64,000 nucleotides of DNA from Psilocybe cubensis (taxonomy: Eukaryota), in assembly GCA_017499595.2 (NCBI GenBank), contig CM039004.1, forward strand, positions 1,860,001 to 1,924,000, read 5' to 3'. Positions 52,545-64,000 of the stretch are shown piece after piece. The translations under genes were made by a program, and so were the position numbers. The stretch's first letter is position 1. The number at the start of each line of letters is the position of its first letter. The notes beneath the pieces were generated by a model. The model was given only the letters and a program-made list of their open reading frames with translations, was not told the DNA's origin and searched no databases.

Positions 52545-53288
52545 TTATAGTTGTCGATGCTTCAGGTTAGGGGGAAGTGTATATATTTTGTGGTTGCCAA
52601 ATCGAAAATCGATGTCGTGTAATTTGACAGGGAAGTCTGTCACAAGCATGGCTAAATCGCGGTAGACTATGGCAGGCAAAAAATGCCTGAGGAACTCTTC
52701 ATCTCCCCCAATTATCGTCAAGCAACGCAAATTGGGTATCGCCCACGCTACATTGTGTCGTCCTCTCGACAGTAAAGTAGATAGGTTTTTGTTGGATTGC
52801 ATGTTAGCCCTGCCCATGAAGCGTAATTCTAGGAAAGTGATTTGCGGTGGAACGTTCCTGTAAGTCCATGTATCAAAAATATCGCCGGCATGAAACTCGT
52901 CATTTACGTGCACAAGTGTATGCAAACAATCGTGGTCGTGCTTTACCATCCGGGCAACAGCATCGAAGACTAATCCAGACTCCGCTTGGGGTTCGACCAC
53001 TATTGACTTGCATATACCACTGGGAAGATAACCATATCTTTTGTATGCCCAATCCCGGTCTTGGTTCGCTTTGAGAACGAGTTCTTTGTAGTGCTCGAGG
53101 AATCGAAGTGACGGAACGTGTATATCCCTGAAAGAAATGAGCGTGTAAACGCGAAACCAGAGTGTTGATACCAAAGGAAAGGAGGTCATGGAATGGATTC
53201 GTTCGGGGACAGACATTGGAGAGTGCCAGGCTTCCTCGATTATTGCCATTACAAGTTCTTCTGGCAACCGCTGGTGTTCGTCAAGCAT
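52545..53288 (-). CDS. Hypothetical protein with F-box-like N-terminus
   Basis: Intronless ORF starting MLDEHQRLPEELVMAIIEEAW…LVSTLW (LPxEL…LVSxxW pattern), with LRR-like ITFLELRF and PNLRCLTIIG segments. Confidence 0.6.
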   Translation of the reverse strand: MLDEHQRLPEELVMAIIEEAWHSPMSVPERIHSMTSFPLVSTLWFRVYTLISFRDIHVPSLRFLEHYKELVLKANQDRDWAYKRYGYLPSGICKSIVVEPQAESGLVFDAVARMVKHDHDCLHTLVHVNDEFHAGDIFDTWTYRNVPPQITFLELRFMGRANMQSNKNLSTLLSRGRHNVAWAIPNLRCLTIIGGDEEFLRHFLPAIVYRDLAMLVTDFPVKLHDIDFRFGNHKIYTLPPNLKHRQL

Positions 53289-53901
53289 GGTGAATGTAGG
53301 TGTATTGGAGAAGATTTCTGTATGAATTCGAATTGTAGCACCTTGTGTTGTTGGGAGATGGGCCCTGGCGGCTGTGATATAGGTGCCCCGCCAGATAAGA
53401 AGGGAGGTAGGTAGGGCCACTGGTCCGTATCGGATCGGGCCAATGTAGGCATGGCCCCTATTCGAAAAAGGTGGTCCATTGAAGCATTACGAAACTTACG
53501 AGACGGTCAATCTGTAACACGAATGTCATCAGACCCAGAAGAGCAAAATTAAGGAGTGTAGGCGGTCTATTTAAGTAATGCCCATACAGGCAAGTACACT
53601 TTGTAGGCGTCGAGTTCGGCAAGTCATAGGGCATTTCGTAGTCTCAGACCAGGAGAAGCGAGCGCCGTTCCAATAAATTCCAGGGAAAATGGTTGCTATT
53701 TCGTTTGATGGGGTATGAAGTACTACTGGGCAACAGTGCCAGCCACCCGTCGTACTTGTTCGGTGCATTATTGTGTGTGTACATATTCTGTGCTTAATGA
53801 GTGGGAGGTTGGTGGGAGGAACAAACGAAACGTAACACTCGGCCCGTTCCTGCAACCTCATCATAGTTTGAAATTTGAACACAGCCACATCGCTGTTCAC
53901 C

Positions 53902-55620
53902 ATGTCCAATGAAGAAAGGTTAACAACTCTTACCCAGAAGCTACAGATTCCACCAAACTTTTTACGAATCGAGCATATAACCGACACAGCTGCTATATCC
54001 GAGCTTGAACGTTGGAAACGCGACGCGGCATCAGTATTGCAAGATATTCTTCACATTATCAAAACCAAACAATCTTTGCCAGTGGATACACAAAGCGATG
54101 TACTCTTCAGAACGCTGCCATTCGCCTCGAATCATATACTAGATAGGGATGGAATAATTCAAGTTTCTTATGGTGACGAACCCTGGATGTCGCCCGACTC
54201 ACGCTATGCCGCCGACGGTGAGAAGTTAGTTTTATCGACGGAGCGTCTGGCCTGTACCAACATAATCGTCAAGCTATTATTTCTTCACCTGTGCTATCAC
54301 ACTCGTTAAATCTTATAACCCAGATTCTAGAGTATAAGCTGAAGCCAATATTTAAATTAAGTCCGCATCCCAATCTTCATGCTGAAACTGGACGAAAGGT
54401 CACCAATCGCCCCGGTGGCCCATTGGCGGTTCACGACTATTACGAGGAGCAAAAGTGGAAAGAATACCCAGGAGTCGAAAAGATCGTCTTGTGGTGTATA
54501 TCTGGATTACAGGTACATTTTATCCGCCGTGTATCTTTGAGAGTGATTAACCAAGGGCTGGGTACAGGAAAATGTATATGAAACAATGTGGCATTTACTG
54601 ATCCCTCCGGTTATGACTTTGTTAGATGACTTTGAGGCTAGAAATAAGTTGCATGGGGTGATTATTGTTCGACAAATGCTGTCAAACGTACCTAAAGTCC
54701 TTCTACGAAGGACCGGAGTTGACGGCTTGCTGAGACAAGTAGGCTTTGCTTTCTCAACGAATTATGTCATTTTGAACACACCTTTGCAACAGTCATTAAA
54801 GACATCACTTTCTCATTTACAAAGTCCAGAAACACCACGACTTCTGAAATTAGCAATCGAAACATCTGTCTCTTTGACTTTACTTACTACCTCTCCTTCG
54901 CCAGGAGGAAAACCGTCCCCAGACCGTTTTAATGAACTGTCCTCACTTTTAGGAGAGGGTATCATTACAGGCATCTGGTTGTATGCCGAAGACAAACCAG
55001 ATGCCGTCAACGCAACCTTTGAAGCTCTTCCCTTCCTTTTGAAAGAACTTGGTATTGGAAGCATTCGGTTTATGAAGGTTGTAGTTCTGTCCACTTCATC
55101 TCAAAACAGAATTCTGACTGCTCAAGTGAAGCCCTTGATTCCCCAGCTTACACATACACTTATTCCCCGCCCGTTGGTCGAACCAGACACAACGATGCAA
55201 CTTTCAGCTATCAAGGTCTTATACACCTTGCTTGATGTCTGTGAACCCAGAATCGAGCCTTGGAAAGAAACAATTTTGAATGCAATCGGACGATGTTGGG
55301 TTGGATTGATGGACCAAGAGCGTGGTGCCCCGAATACAGGTCCCTTTTTTTCTGACGCCCCAGTAGTCCCCGCACTCAACCAATCCACAGTTCCTCGAAA
55401 TGAAAGTCAGTCTACAGAAGTGAAGAAAGGTCTCCAGATGCTTTGCATGAAAATGGCCGAAATCTGCCCTTCTGTGACACAGGTGCTGTGCCTCGTACTT
55501 TGCCGTTTCAGATTATTTACGAGTCAACGTCCCACACAGAATGAATTCCAAAAACTTCTTCAGGCAGACAAGGAATTGTTTGAGGATTTATTACCTCGAC
55601 ACGGCCGTGTGGCAACGTAA
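53902..55620 (+). CDS. TTI2: Tti2-family protein (TTT complex, PIKK co-chaperone)
   Basis: LKPIF, DYYEEQKWK, WHLLIPPVMTLLDDFE, LLRRTGVDGL, LGIGSIRFMK and CEPRIEPWKETIL. Confidence 0.78.
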
Positions 55621-55683
55621 ACGTTCAGCACAGCTGCACGTTTGAGCGGTACATACGCGGGGTGATTATTAAATCTACTTCAT

Positions 55684-58120
55684 CTAGATAGAGGTTGATT
55701 CATCGGCGTTCAGGATGAGAGTCGTAAAGAAGCGGATAATCTCCAAGAATGAATCGATCGAGGCAGCTAACATTCACAGTCAGTCGTGTCGTGTTATACA
55801 AAAAATATTGAATACTCACATTCATTAACGGTATGGACTCCACCCAGACCACTGGAATTTCCTGCGTTATGGTGGTTGTACCGGAAAATGTGCTTGGAAA
55901 GGTTCCAGTAGAATCTTGTATCTAGAACATAACTTCAGCAACATTTTGCAAGGAAAGCATTGACAACTGACCTGTGTTACCCGACATCATGCTGGGAGCT
56001 ACGATAATTGGGTCCACAGCTTGGAAGGAACGATGCGCATTGTAAGTCGCCTTGATTGTGCCCGTCAGAAGTTGGTACGGTGCCGCATTTTCATCAGTAG
56101 GGGTAATGGGGGCAGGTTCAAGGCTTCCATTGTAAGCATCACTCAAAGTAAGAGACCCTTTTGCTGGTGCGCCAGCTTCTGAAACGGAACTACCGAACGC
56201 GGTGTATGTCAAATTGAATTTTTGTGCCAGGTCTTTCAAGAGCTCGGTGTCATGCTTCTCAACTGCGTCAACAGAGCTATAACAAAGATTATTAGTAAAT
56301 ATTGGTCGGAATAATGGAAGAACGTTAGCACCTGACAACTGCGATACGGCGATTGACAATTGCCCATGCTCGTTCAGGGAGAGCGTTAGATTTGACACCT
56401 CCCTGAATGATGTCGATTGCCTGAGTAGTGGAAATCAAACTGCTGAGGACCAAGTCTTTGCGAATGAAGGATTGTAACCTGTCGAGAGCTTTGTCGCAGG
56501 TCACTGACTTCTTGATGATATTGCGCAAGTCAGACGGCACTTCCTTGGCATGTTCGGCTAGACATTGTAAGGTATCATAAACTGGCTCCCTACGAGTCTG
56601 TCCATCCGTCAGAAGGGTGCATATGAAGTATGGAAGTTACAGGGCGTACAATTTCGACCTTGTATGGATTTTGCTCAAAATGGACCAGCAGAGCGGAAAG
56701 TATGCCTATACTCTAAAAGATAATTAGAAATGAACCATCTGACTTAAGGTTGATGTCCTACTGTATGCGCGGGAGGAATGCTTGAATGTCCTCCGGGAGC
56801 AGTGACTTCGACGAGAACATTAAGGAAGCCTTTCTCAGCAATTCCAGGAGTAGCAATGACGGATCCAAATTGTTCCGTAAATCCAGCTACGAAGTTTTGT
56901 GAACGCTGATATCAGATGATAGTCGTTTAAATACTCACATCCTTCGTCGACAACCATGGCGAAACCATCTTTACCGTATATTTTCTCGAGGTAAGGCCCG
57001 AGATTTCCAGCACCCTGTTTGAGTTACGTTAGTTTGTTCGTATTTTGAATTTTTGCAATGTATAAGGGGTACCTGGAACCCACTGGCTTCCTCATCAAAT
57101 CCAAAGGACAGTACTACAGTCCTAGTTGGTTGGAAATTGGCTTTGAGGAGAGTCTCGATGGACGAGCTGTTTAACTTACAGATTAGCTGGATCGTGTATT
57201 TAATGAGGCGTAAACGTACAGAATACCAATCAAGCCACTCTTATCATCGGTACTTCCACGCCCCCAAAGACGTTCACCTAAATGAGTGTTATGAGTATAA
57301 ATGGGTCAGTGTCAAGTGAGTGAATTAGTGGTTGTGTCATGAAATAATACTGTACCGTCAAAGTACCCTGAATACGGAGGATGAGTCCATTGGTCTACAG
57401 TTGTTGGATCAACAGGAACTACATCTGTGCAGTAGCATTAATGACTATGTCTGTTTATACATCCAAACCACGCACCTTGATGTGCCGCCAGGAGCAACGG
57501 CTTCAAAGAAGGATCGGAACCCTTCCACTCGTAATATAGACCATATGTGTTAACTTTGGTCAGTTTGAGAGTTGCATGCCTAGAAAGGTTACGGAGTGAG
57601 CCCAAAACGTGTAAGAGGAAACAGTGCGAAGACTTACACCTGAGGAAACGCCTGGAGTAGATAGTCATGGAAAGGTGCGAAGGCGTTCCATCGTGGATCG
57701 ACACCAACAGGGTCCATGTTGTCGAATGACTCTGTACTGCATAGTTTGTATTTTCACGATTAAATGGCGCGAAACTTCAGCGCATTCGAGAGCTATGACG
57801 TACGGGACACGAACAGCACCTCCGAGCCAGTTAATGGCATCCTGCTTGAAACTGGCACCACCAATCTTTTCGTTTAACTGGTTCCACAGGTCAATATTCT
57901 TGTCTGGGATAACAACATCGGCCTGAGGACATCTGGGGGTTGAGGATCTGTGGCCGGATTCCCAAGCGAAATCAAAGCGGTGCAAAAGGCGTAAAGTACA
58001 GTACAACCCCAGGATAATGCAAAGCTTCTTCGAAATCCAGCCTTTCTTTTTTTCAGTAGCTGGGGTAAGATTTCCGTGCGGCAAAGCCGTAGAGGGTAGC
58101 ACATCCTTCTCAGACATCAT
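55684..58120 (-). CDS. CPS1: M20 family Gly-Xaa carboxypeptidase (carboxypeptidase S-like, type II membrane)
   Basis: N-terminal TM, LLLAAHQD, WGRGSTDDKSG, FGFDEE, PGGHSSIPP, GGVKSNALPE and HTVNE. Confidence 0.88.
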
Positions 58121-58436
58121 GTTGGTGTGAAGGTAAGGAGAATTGGGACTATTAATCAGAGGAAAACCCTGAAGCACACGAAATGTTCAACCTTATGAAA
58201 TAGGCGGTCCGCCTGATCCGTCATACACTTATCGCCATAAGGACACTGTTTACCGTACCGAGAAGAAAGACTGATTGGAGTGATTACAATTTGCAGCACG
58301 CAGTTTACTTGCCAAGTTCACACATCCGTCATCTCCTGTGTTACAATACTCATGATTCTGCATACGCATGATTGCATAATAATTTTGAGAGTGGGAAAAA
58401 ATACAAGGAACATGCAGACCAGGAAAGGGGACATGT

Positions 58437-59298
58437 TTACTTGAGGGGAATGCTGTTTGAAAATTAGAAAACGAATTAAAGGCGGAAAAGAATGAAAAAC
58501 GTACAAACGAGAAGCTGGGATACAGCAAAAAACAGCATTAGCAAGCTAAACATCATATATGAACCGACTAGTCCCTTACAGTGGGTGGCACCAATCTAGA
58601 TGACAAAGTTGAGCATATGGTCTGAGCAACAAGTAAGGTCGACTTACACCGGGGCGACCGTGCTTGACGGGGCGGTATGAGCATGAAAACTCAGCAAGGT
58701 AGTGTCCAGTCATCTCAGGCTTGATCTCAACAGAGTTGAAAACCTATTACAACAGGCATAAGACTCAAGTATAAAATAAACATGGCCCGTTCCCAATTGA
58801 ACTCACCTTTCCGTTGTAAATTCCAACAACAGAGCCAATCATTTCAGGAACGATAATCATGTCGCGCAGATGCGTCTTGACGACAGCGGGCTTCTCATTG
58901 GGAGGAGCCTCCTTCTTGGCCTTGCGAAGTTTCTTGATGAGACCCATGGGGCGGCGCTTGAGACCGCGCTGGAAGCGTCTGCGGGCACGGGCGTGGACAA
59001 GCTAATAAAGTTGACCAGTTGAATATTGATTCCAAAGTCCACTCTTTCTGTATACGTACTTCAACAAACTGAGAGTATTAAGATCAATATTTAAATACTG
59101 CATTAAACAAGAAAGCGACGCACATCCTCGTTGCTCATGTCCAAGAGCTTGTCGAGCTCAACACCACGGTACGAGAAGGTCCTGAAGATCCTCTTTTTCT
59201 TGAGGTCGGCAGCAACTTGAGGGTCGGTGACTTCAGCCTGGATATCCTACCATCAGCATGACGTCCTTTGTCGCAAAATCATAATGAGGACACACCAT
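58437..59298 (-). CDS. RPS15: 40S ribosomal protein S15 (uS19), 8 coding exons
   Basis: [54 protein letters not shown] and KHGRPG|IGATH|SSRF|IPLK*. Confidence 0.96.
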
Positions 59299-59693
59299 GG
59301 TTGTTGTTGGCGATTGGCGGCGGCGAAAACGATAGACTGGACGGTGGAGGCTGGCGGAGTGTGAATATTGGCCAAATGTGGGAATTTTCCAGCTCTGTGG
59401 CTGAAGGCGTATTATGTAATACTGTACAGTACCAACACCGGCAGCACCAAATTTCGTCGGTGTAGTAATTGTTTAAATCTATATCTTCGGCTAGAACCCA
59501 CAGGTCTTCCCTCGAGGATTAAATTGTGAGTGCTCAACGACGCGTCCAGCCGGAAGACAACGAATCTCTGAACGTTCGATTTTTCAGTGATTTGTGGCTA
59601 CCGATCTTAAACTTTCACCAAAAAACCACCAACTAACTCAAAGTACGCGCACCGGACTTATTTGGCGCTCGAACTAACCACCTCTCCTCTAAG

Positions 59694-60202
59694 ATGCGTA
59701 ACATTGCTGCATACCTTCTCCTCCAGGCCGGTGGAAACGAAAACCCCACCGCCGCTGACATCAAGAAGCTCCTTGCTGTTGTCGGCATTGAGACTGACGA
59801 AGCCCGCCTTGACACCCTCATCTCTGAGCTCAAGGGCAAGTCGACCGCTGAGGTACGCACAGAAAGGACTGGCCAGGCTGGAGTGATTCACATACTTTGC
59901 TACCTTCTTTTTAGCTCATCGCTGCCGGATCTGCCAAGCTCGCTTCCGTAGGTGGCCGTTTCCCATGTAAAGTTGGCCAATACTCACCATTGTATGCACC
60001 CAGGTTCCTTCCGGAGGAGGAGGAGGAGCAGCTGTTGCCGCTGCCCCCGCTGCCGGTGGAGCTGCGCCCGCCGCCGAGGAGAAGAAGGAGGAGAAGGCTG
60101 AGGAGAAGGTAAGTTGTGCCTGTGAATCACAATGAACAAGAAACTAACAGACGGCTGCAGGAGGAATCTGACGACGACATGGGCTTCGGATTGTTCGATT
60201 AG
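59694..60202 (+). CDS. RPP2: 60S acidic ribosomal protein P2
   Basis: [10 protein letters not shown]…[13 protein letters not shown]…ELKGK, an Ala/Gly hinge and the C-terminal [14 protein letters not shown] 5'UTR intron ends immediately before the ATG. Confidence 0.96.
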
Positions 60203-60416
60203 AGGACATTTATTGATAACTGTAACCTGTAGTTGGCTGAATACAATCGAATAAGCTGATATAAATGTTGTGCTGTGAAAATAACCAAACGGGCGTAGTG
60301 TGATGGTGCCGGCGGTGTGGGGAGGCTCGCACGTGGTCGGATCCAGTGCTGGTAGTGTCCCTGAATTGGCAAACCAAAGCCGGCGGACCGATTCCGTTAG
60401 AGAATCCAGTGAGAAA

Positions 60417-63400
60417 ATGACAACCAGCCCTTTCCATCCAACCACTATCATGCAGAACGCAGATTCAAATGCTGCCTTCATGAAGGGCCCAAAGCGAAAG
60501 CGTCTTGCAAAGGTATTTCTACCCCTTTGTTCCCTCGTTTGCCTCTGATATCTCCCAAGGCCTGTGATGCGTGCCATAAAAGCAAGCGTCGCTGCGATGG
60601 TACAGGTGCGTCTCGTATTGCGTACTCCTCGTTTACTTTTCTTATATTCAGCAAACATTTAGCTCCGTGTAGCAATTGGTAGGCCTTTTGGCATATCTTT
60701 TCTAGGTCCATTATCTTATAATGTTCAGTTATTACGCCTCCAAACAGTGCGCTTATACAGACGCTTCGGGTCGGCCTGTTCCTGCGCCCCGTTTATTTAA
60801 GCCAGAAGGACAGGATCCTCAGCCATCGTCCTCGACATCTGACAGTCGTCTCTATCAGCAGTCCCAGTTCGCTTCATCCTCTAGCAGTCAGCTTCGCTTT
60901 TATCCTAACCCTCCCCTACATTCTCTTCCGTACCAAAGTGGTGTCGACGAGGAGGACAGCAAGCTTTCCCGCAAGCGTTTCAGGAATGAAAGGGGCGATC
61001 CCATGCCAGCCGATGATCTTGTAATTGAGGGTCCCATTTCCCATATCGTTTCCGTTGATCACCCCGACATCGAGCTTGACCCCGCTCTCAAGCGCGAGCT
61101 CACAAATCGTAAGCAGAATTCACTTCTGTTGGTAAGCCTGCTGTCTAAATTGTTTACATCGTCCAATAGTATTTTTTGCACATTGTCATCCTGCTCGTGC
61201 AATCATACATAAACCCACATTCTCAACCGCACTGAGTCTAAATCGCGTCCCATCTCATCTCTTGCTCGCCGTGTGCGCTCTTGCCGCCCCCTTATCGAAA
61301 CAACCTACTATCCGCACCTCACCGTCCCGTTTTGCCGGCAGACCTTTTGCAAACGAGGCCCTTTCGAAGATGTTCGATGCACAAGGCCGCCTGATTGTAC
61401 AGAGAGACCTTGCAGCTGCTCAGGCACTCTGCATTCTACAGCTGCACGAAATACTTACGAACGAACGAAACACCCTTTGGGACTCCCGATTTCATGGTAA
61501 TATCCCCTTTCTTCCGGCCCTGCTTCCCACCTTGAATATCGCTGATCGGAAGAAGTAGACCTCGCACTTCAAATTGTAGAAGGCCTCGGAGTCCATAGCC
61601 CCGAACATCCGAAACTCACCCCGGTCCCGTCTCCAGAGTATGTGGAGGCCTCCATCGAACACGAATCCACACGTCGTATATTTTGGTTAATTCACGTTTT
61701 GGACCTTCTTGCATCCATCTTTTTCAAAAAACCAACCACTTTTGCAGATGGCGAATTGCGACTAAGATTACCCGTTGATGAAACCAACTTTGAGCTTGGC
61801 GCTTACTCCACACTTCCTGGTGCGTGGTTGATTCTGTTTGAACTATTTATTTTTCTTGCTTTTTGCCTTGAACCCCCTAAACCCCACAAAAAAGAAAAAT
61901 TATCTCATGCCAAATCCTTCGTGTTCCACTGGCAGTCCCGCATGTAGATTTCTTTCCACCGCTTCTAATCCCATTCATGTCAGGATCATATGCTGTTCAC
62001 TGCCACTCATTTTGATATTTCCCATCCTGCACCACATATCGCGACCCTTACATCCCACGCCTTTCCTATTTGCTTCACTGTTATCCCCGCTTCTCTTCAA
62101 ACTGACATTGCATCTAAATTTAGAATATCTCTACCTTCCGGCGGTTAGGACACAATATGCCTCAGAATTCGGACATCTCATTCGCATTTTGTCGATATAT
62201 GCCAAAATTGAGTGCGCGCTCGACGAAGGCAATGGTATGTAGGGTAGCATTATCTCTACGACAGCCGCTCAAGTTGATCTGTTTTAGATCCAGCAACAGC
62301 TGCCAATTCTGATGCGGCACTCAAGGAGGCCCAACTAAAGATGGAGGTTGGTTGCATCTGATGTACCGTGCCGCCTGACGTACACCTTCATTGACGTGCA
62401 TATCCGCCATTGCAGGAATGGGATCGTACACTGCCCGAACATCTCCGCTTCTCTGAGCAAAGCCTCGAGGTTCAGAAATCCATGTTCGAAACGAGTTCTA
62501 ATACCGGCGCATGGTGTTGGGGTTGCATACACGTCTATCATGCATCGTGCGCCCTCGCCCTGAATCTTGTGATTACTTTTCCTTTTCTGTTCCTTTGCAC
62601 GGAATCTGCTTCATTTTCTCATGTGACCCACTATGGGTAATTCTTTATTTGCAGGCTCGACAACGCACAATGCGTGGACCCAAGACTGAGCCCTCATGGG
62701 CGCTCCAAAAGATAGAATTGATCTTGAAGATGCTCGGCGATCGTGCTAAAAACAGTATTCTCAGTTGCGTATCGAGGTTTCCCTTCTTCCTTTCTTGATT
62801 CGTCTGGCTAAAGTTAGTTTTCTTCATTCCACCCATTTTTAATATTTATTAGTGGGCTCCGCTCTTTGGGTGCGTCATGCCTGTTTCATAATCACTACTT
62901 TGTCGCCCTTACTAAATCCATCACCTTTGTTTTTCCCAGTCGTTAATCAAATATTGCAAGAGAGATGATGCTATCGTCCGAAAATGGGCAGCTGAATATG
63001 AGGAAGAAGTTGGAACCAAAATATTCGAACTTGTTCAGGATTGGAGGACCCAACCATCTCCTCCACATCAGCACCAATATCCATCTCATCCTCATCCTCA
63101 TCCTCAGTCGTCGCAGCACGTTCAAAAATACCAGCAACAACCGCATGTTCAACAAAATCCGTATACCCAGCAGCATCTTCACCGACGGATCTCGGACGCA
63201 CGACATCCTGGATCCAATTCACAAGTTGTTCTCAAGACGACCAACTCCAACGTATCTCGACCGCCACATCATCAACATTCTTCCGATTCCTCATCGTATG
63301 GCAACGACGTCTCGAGCACCCAAATCATCAAAAGGTCTTCAAGTCACTCTCCTCCTTTGTCGTACTCCCTTGGCCGTCAATCAAACGCTGGTGGCCACAT

Positions 63401-64000
63401 GAACCGTTCCTCGACCGTATCAACACAATATTCCTCCGCTGGTTTCTCTGAATCTCTTAACAACAGTAGCAACACTGACAGGGACGTGCGAGGACAATCT
63501 TCTGCCAATAGCTCTGGCCTCATTCTTTTACATTCACCGGTGTCCGGTCCGAATAGCAACGAACCTTCAGTTCCGAAGCAGGGCATTCCAGAGAAGTATC
63601 ACGGGAGGGAAGTAAACGTAAATCACGCTCGATGGTCCCACAGTAACGGCGAGACTGTCGGTTCTGCTGACGTAGGGAAACAATCAGCTTACTCAGGTGG
63701 TACAAAATCTTCTGGTGATCCAGGTGGACCTCCCCTGCCGTCTAGTGGAACAATCGCTGGAGGAATGGTCAACAGTAGCGCCGAGTCCGGCCAAAGGAGT
63801 TTTTCCAGTCTGGGAGATGGAAATCAGTCATTGCCATCTCTAAAGGCAAGCGGCTTGTTGGATTCGTGGGGTTCTTCAAGGACGTCAGAACCGCATAGCC
63901 AAAGTTCCAGTGGAAGTTCGCAAAAGCCTCATTCTATTACATCGCCGCGGAGAACGCCTCCTGGAAGCAGCACCTTAAGTGGGTTGATCACTTCTTCCCA
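60417..64000 (+). CDS. Zn(II)2Cys6 transcription factor with Fungal_trans middle domain; 3'-partial
   Basis: KRKRLAK|ACDACHKSKRRCDGT|APCSNC|YYASKQCAY, FFAHCHP, LLAVCALAA, TRRIFWLIHVLD and LRLPVDE. The final His/Gln/Ser-rich exon is open to the window end. Confidence 0.9.

Overview
This is eukaryotic, intron-rich fungal DNA. The short GT-AG introns with CTAAC/CTGAC-type branch points and the gene content point to an Agaricomycete basidiomycete. The window is a dense housekeeping region of about 21 protein-coding genes: a small secreted Cys-rich protein, Sec1, Rpt4, an S10 carboxypeptidase, TFIP11/Spp382, Kap123, Axl2-like, dynein LC8, a Nim1/Gin4-type kinase, DNA ligase IV, a forkhead TF, SF3B1, AP-1 gamma, a membrane hypothetical protein, a 10xCCCH-RRM-RING-IBR protein, an F-box-like protein, Tti2, an M20 carboxypeptidase, RPS15, RPP2 and a Zn2Cys6 TF that runs off the end. 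There is also an intron-containing tRNA-Pro(AGG). The most interesting element is invisible to the ORF track: a spliced non-coding host gene (about 37330-37840, minus strand, divergent from SF3B1) whose two long introns each carry a box C/D snoRNA. One is an snR67/U31-type guide for the LSU P-loop. The other carries two guides to 18S helix 34, with a single mismatch exactly opposite the conserved ac4C1280 site. A third candidate snoRNA lies in a long Kap123 intron. Exon boundaries were read by eye and rRNA target sequences are recalled from memory, so both need checking.
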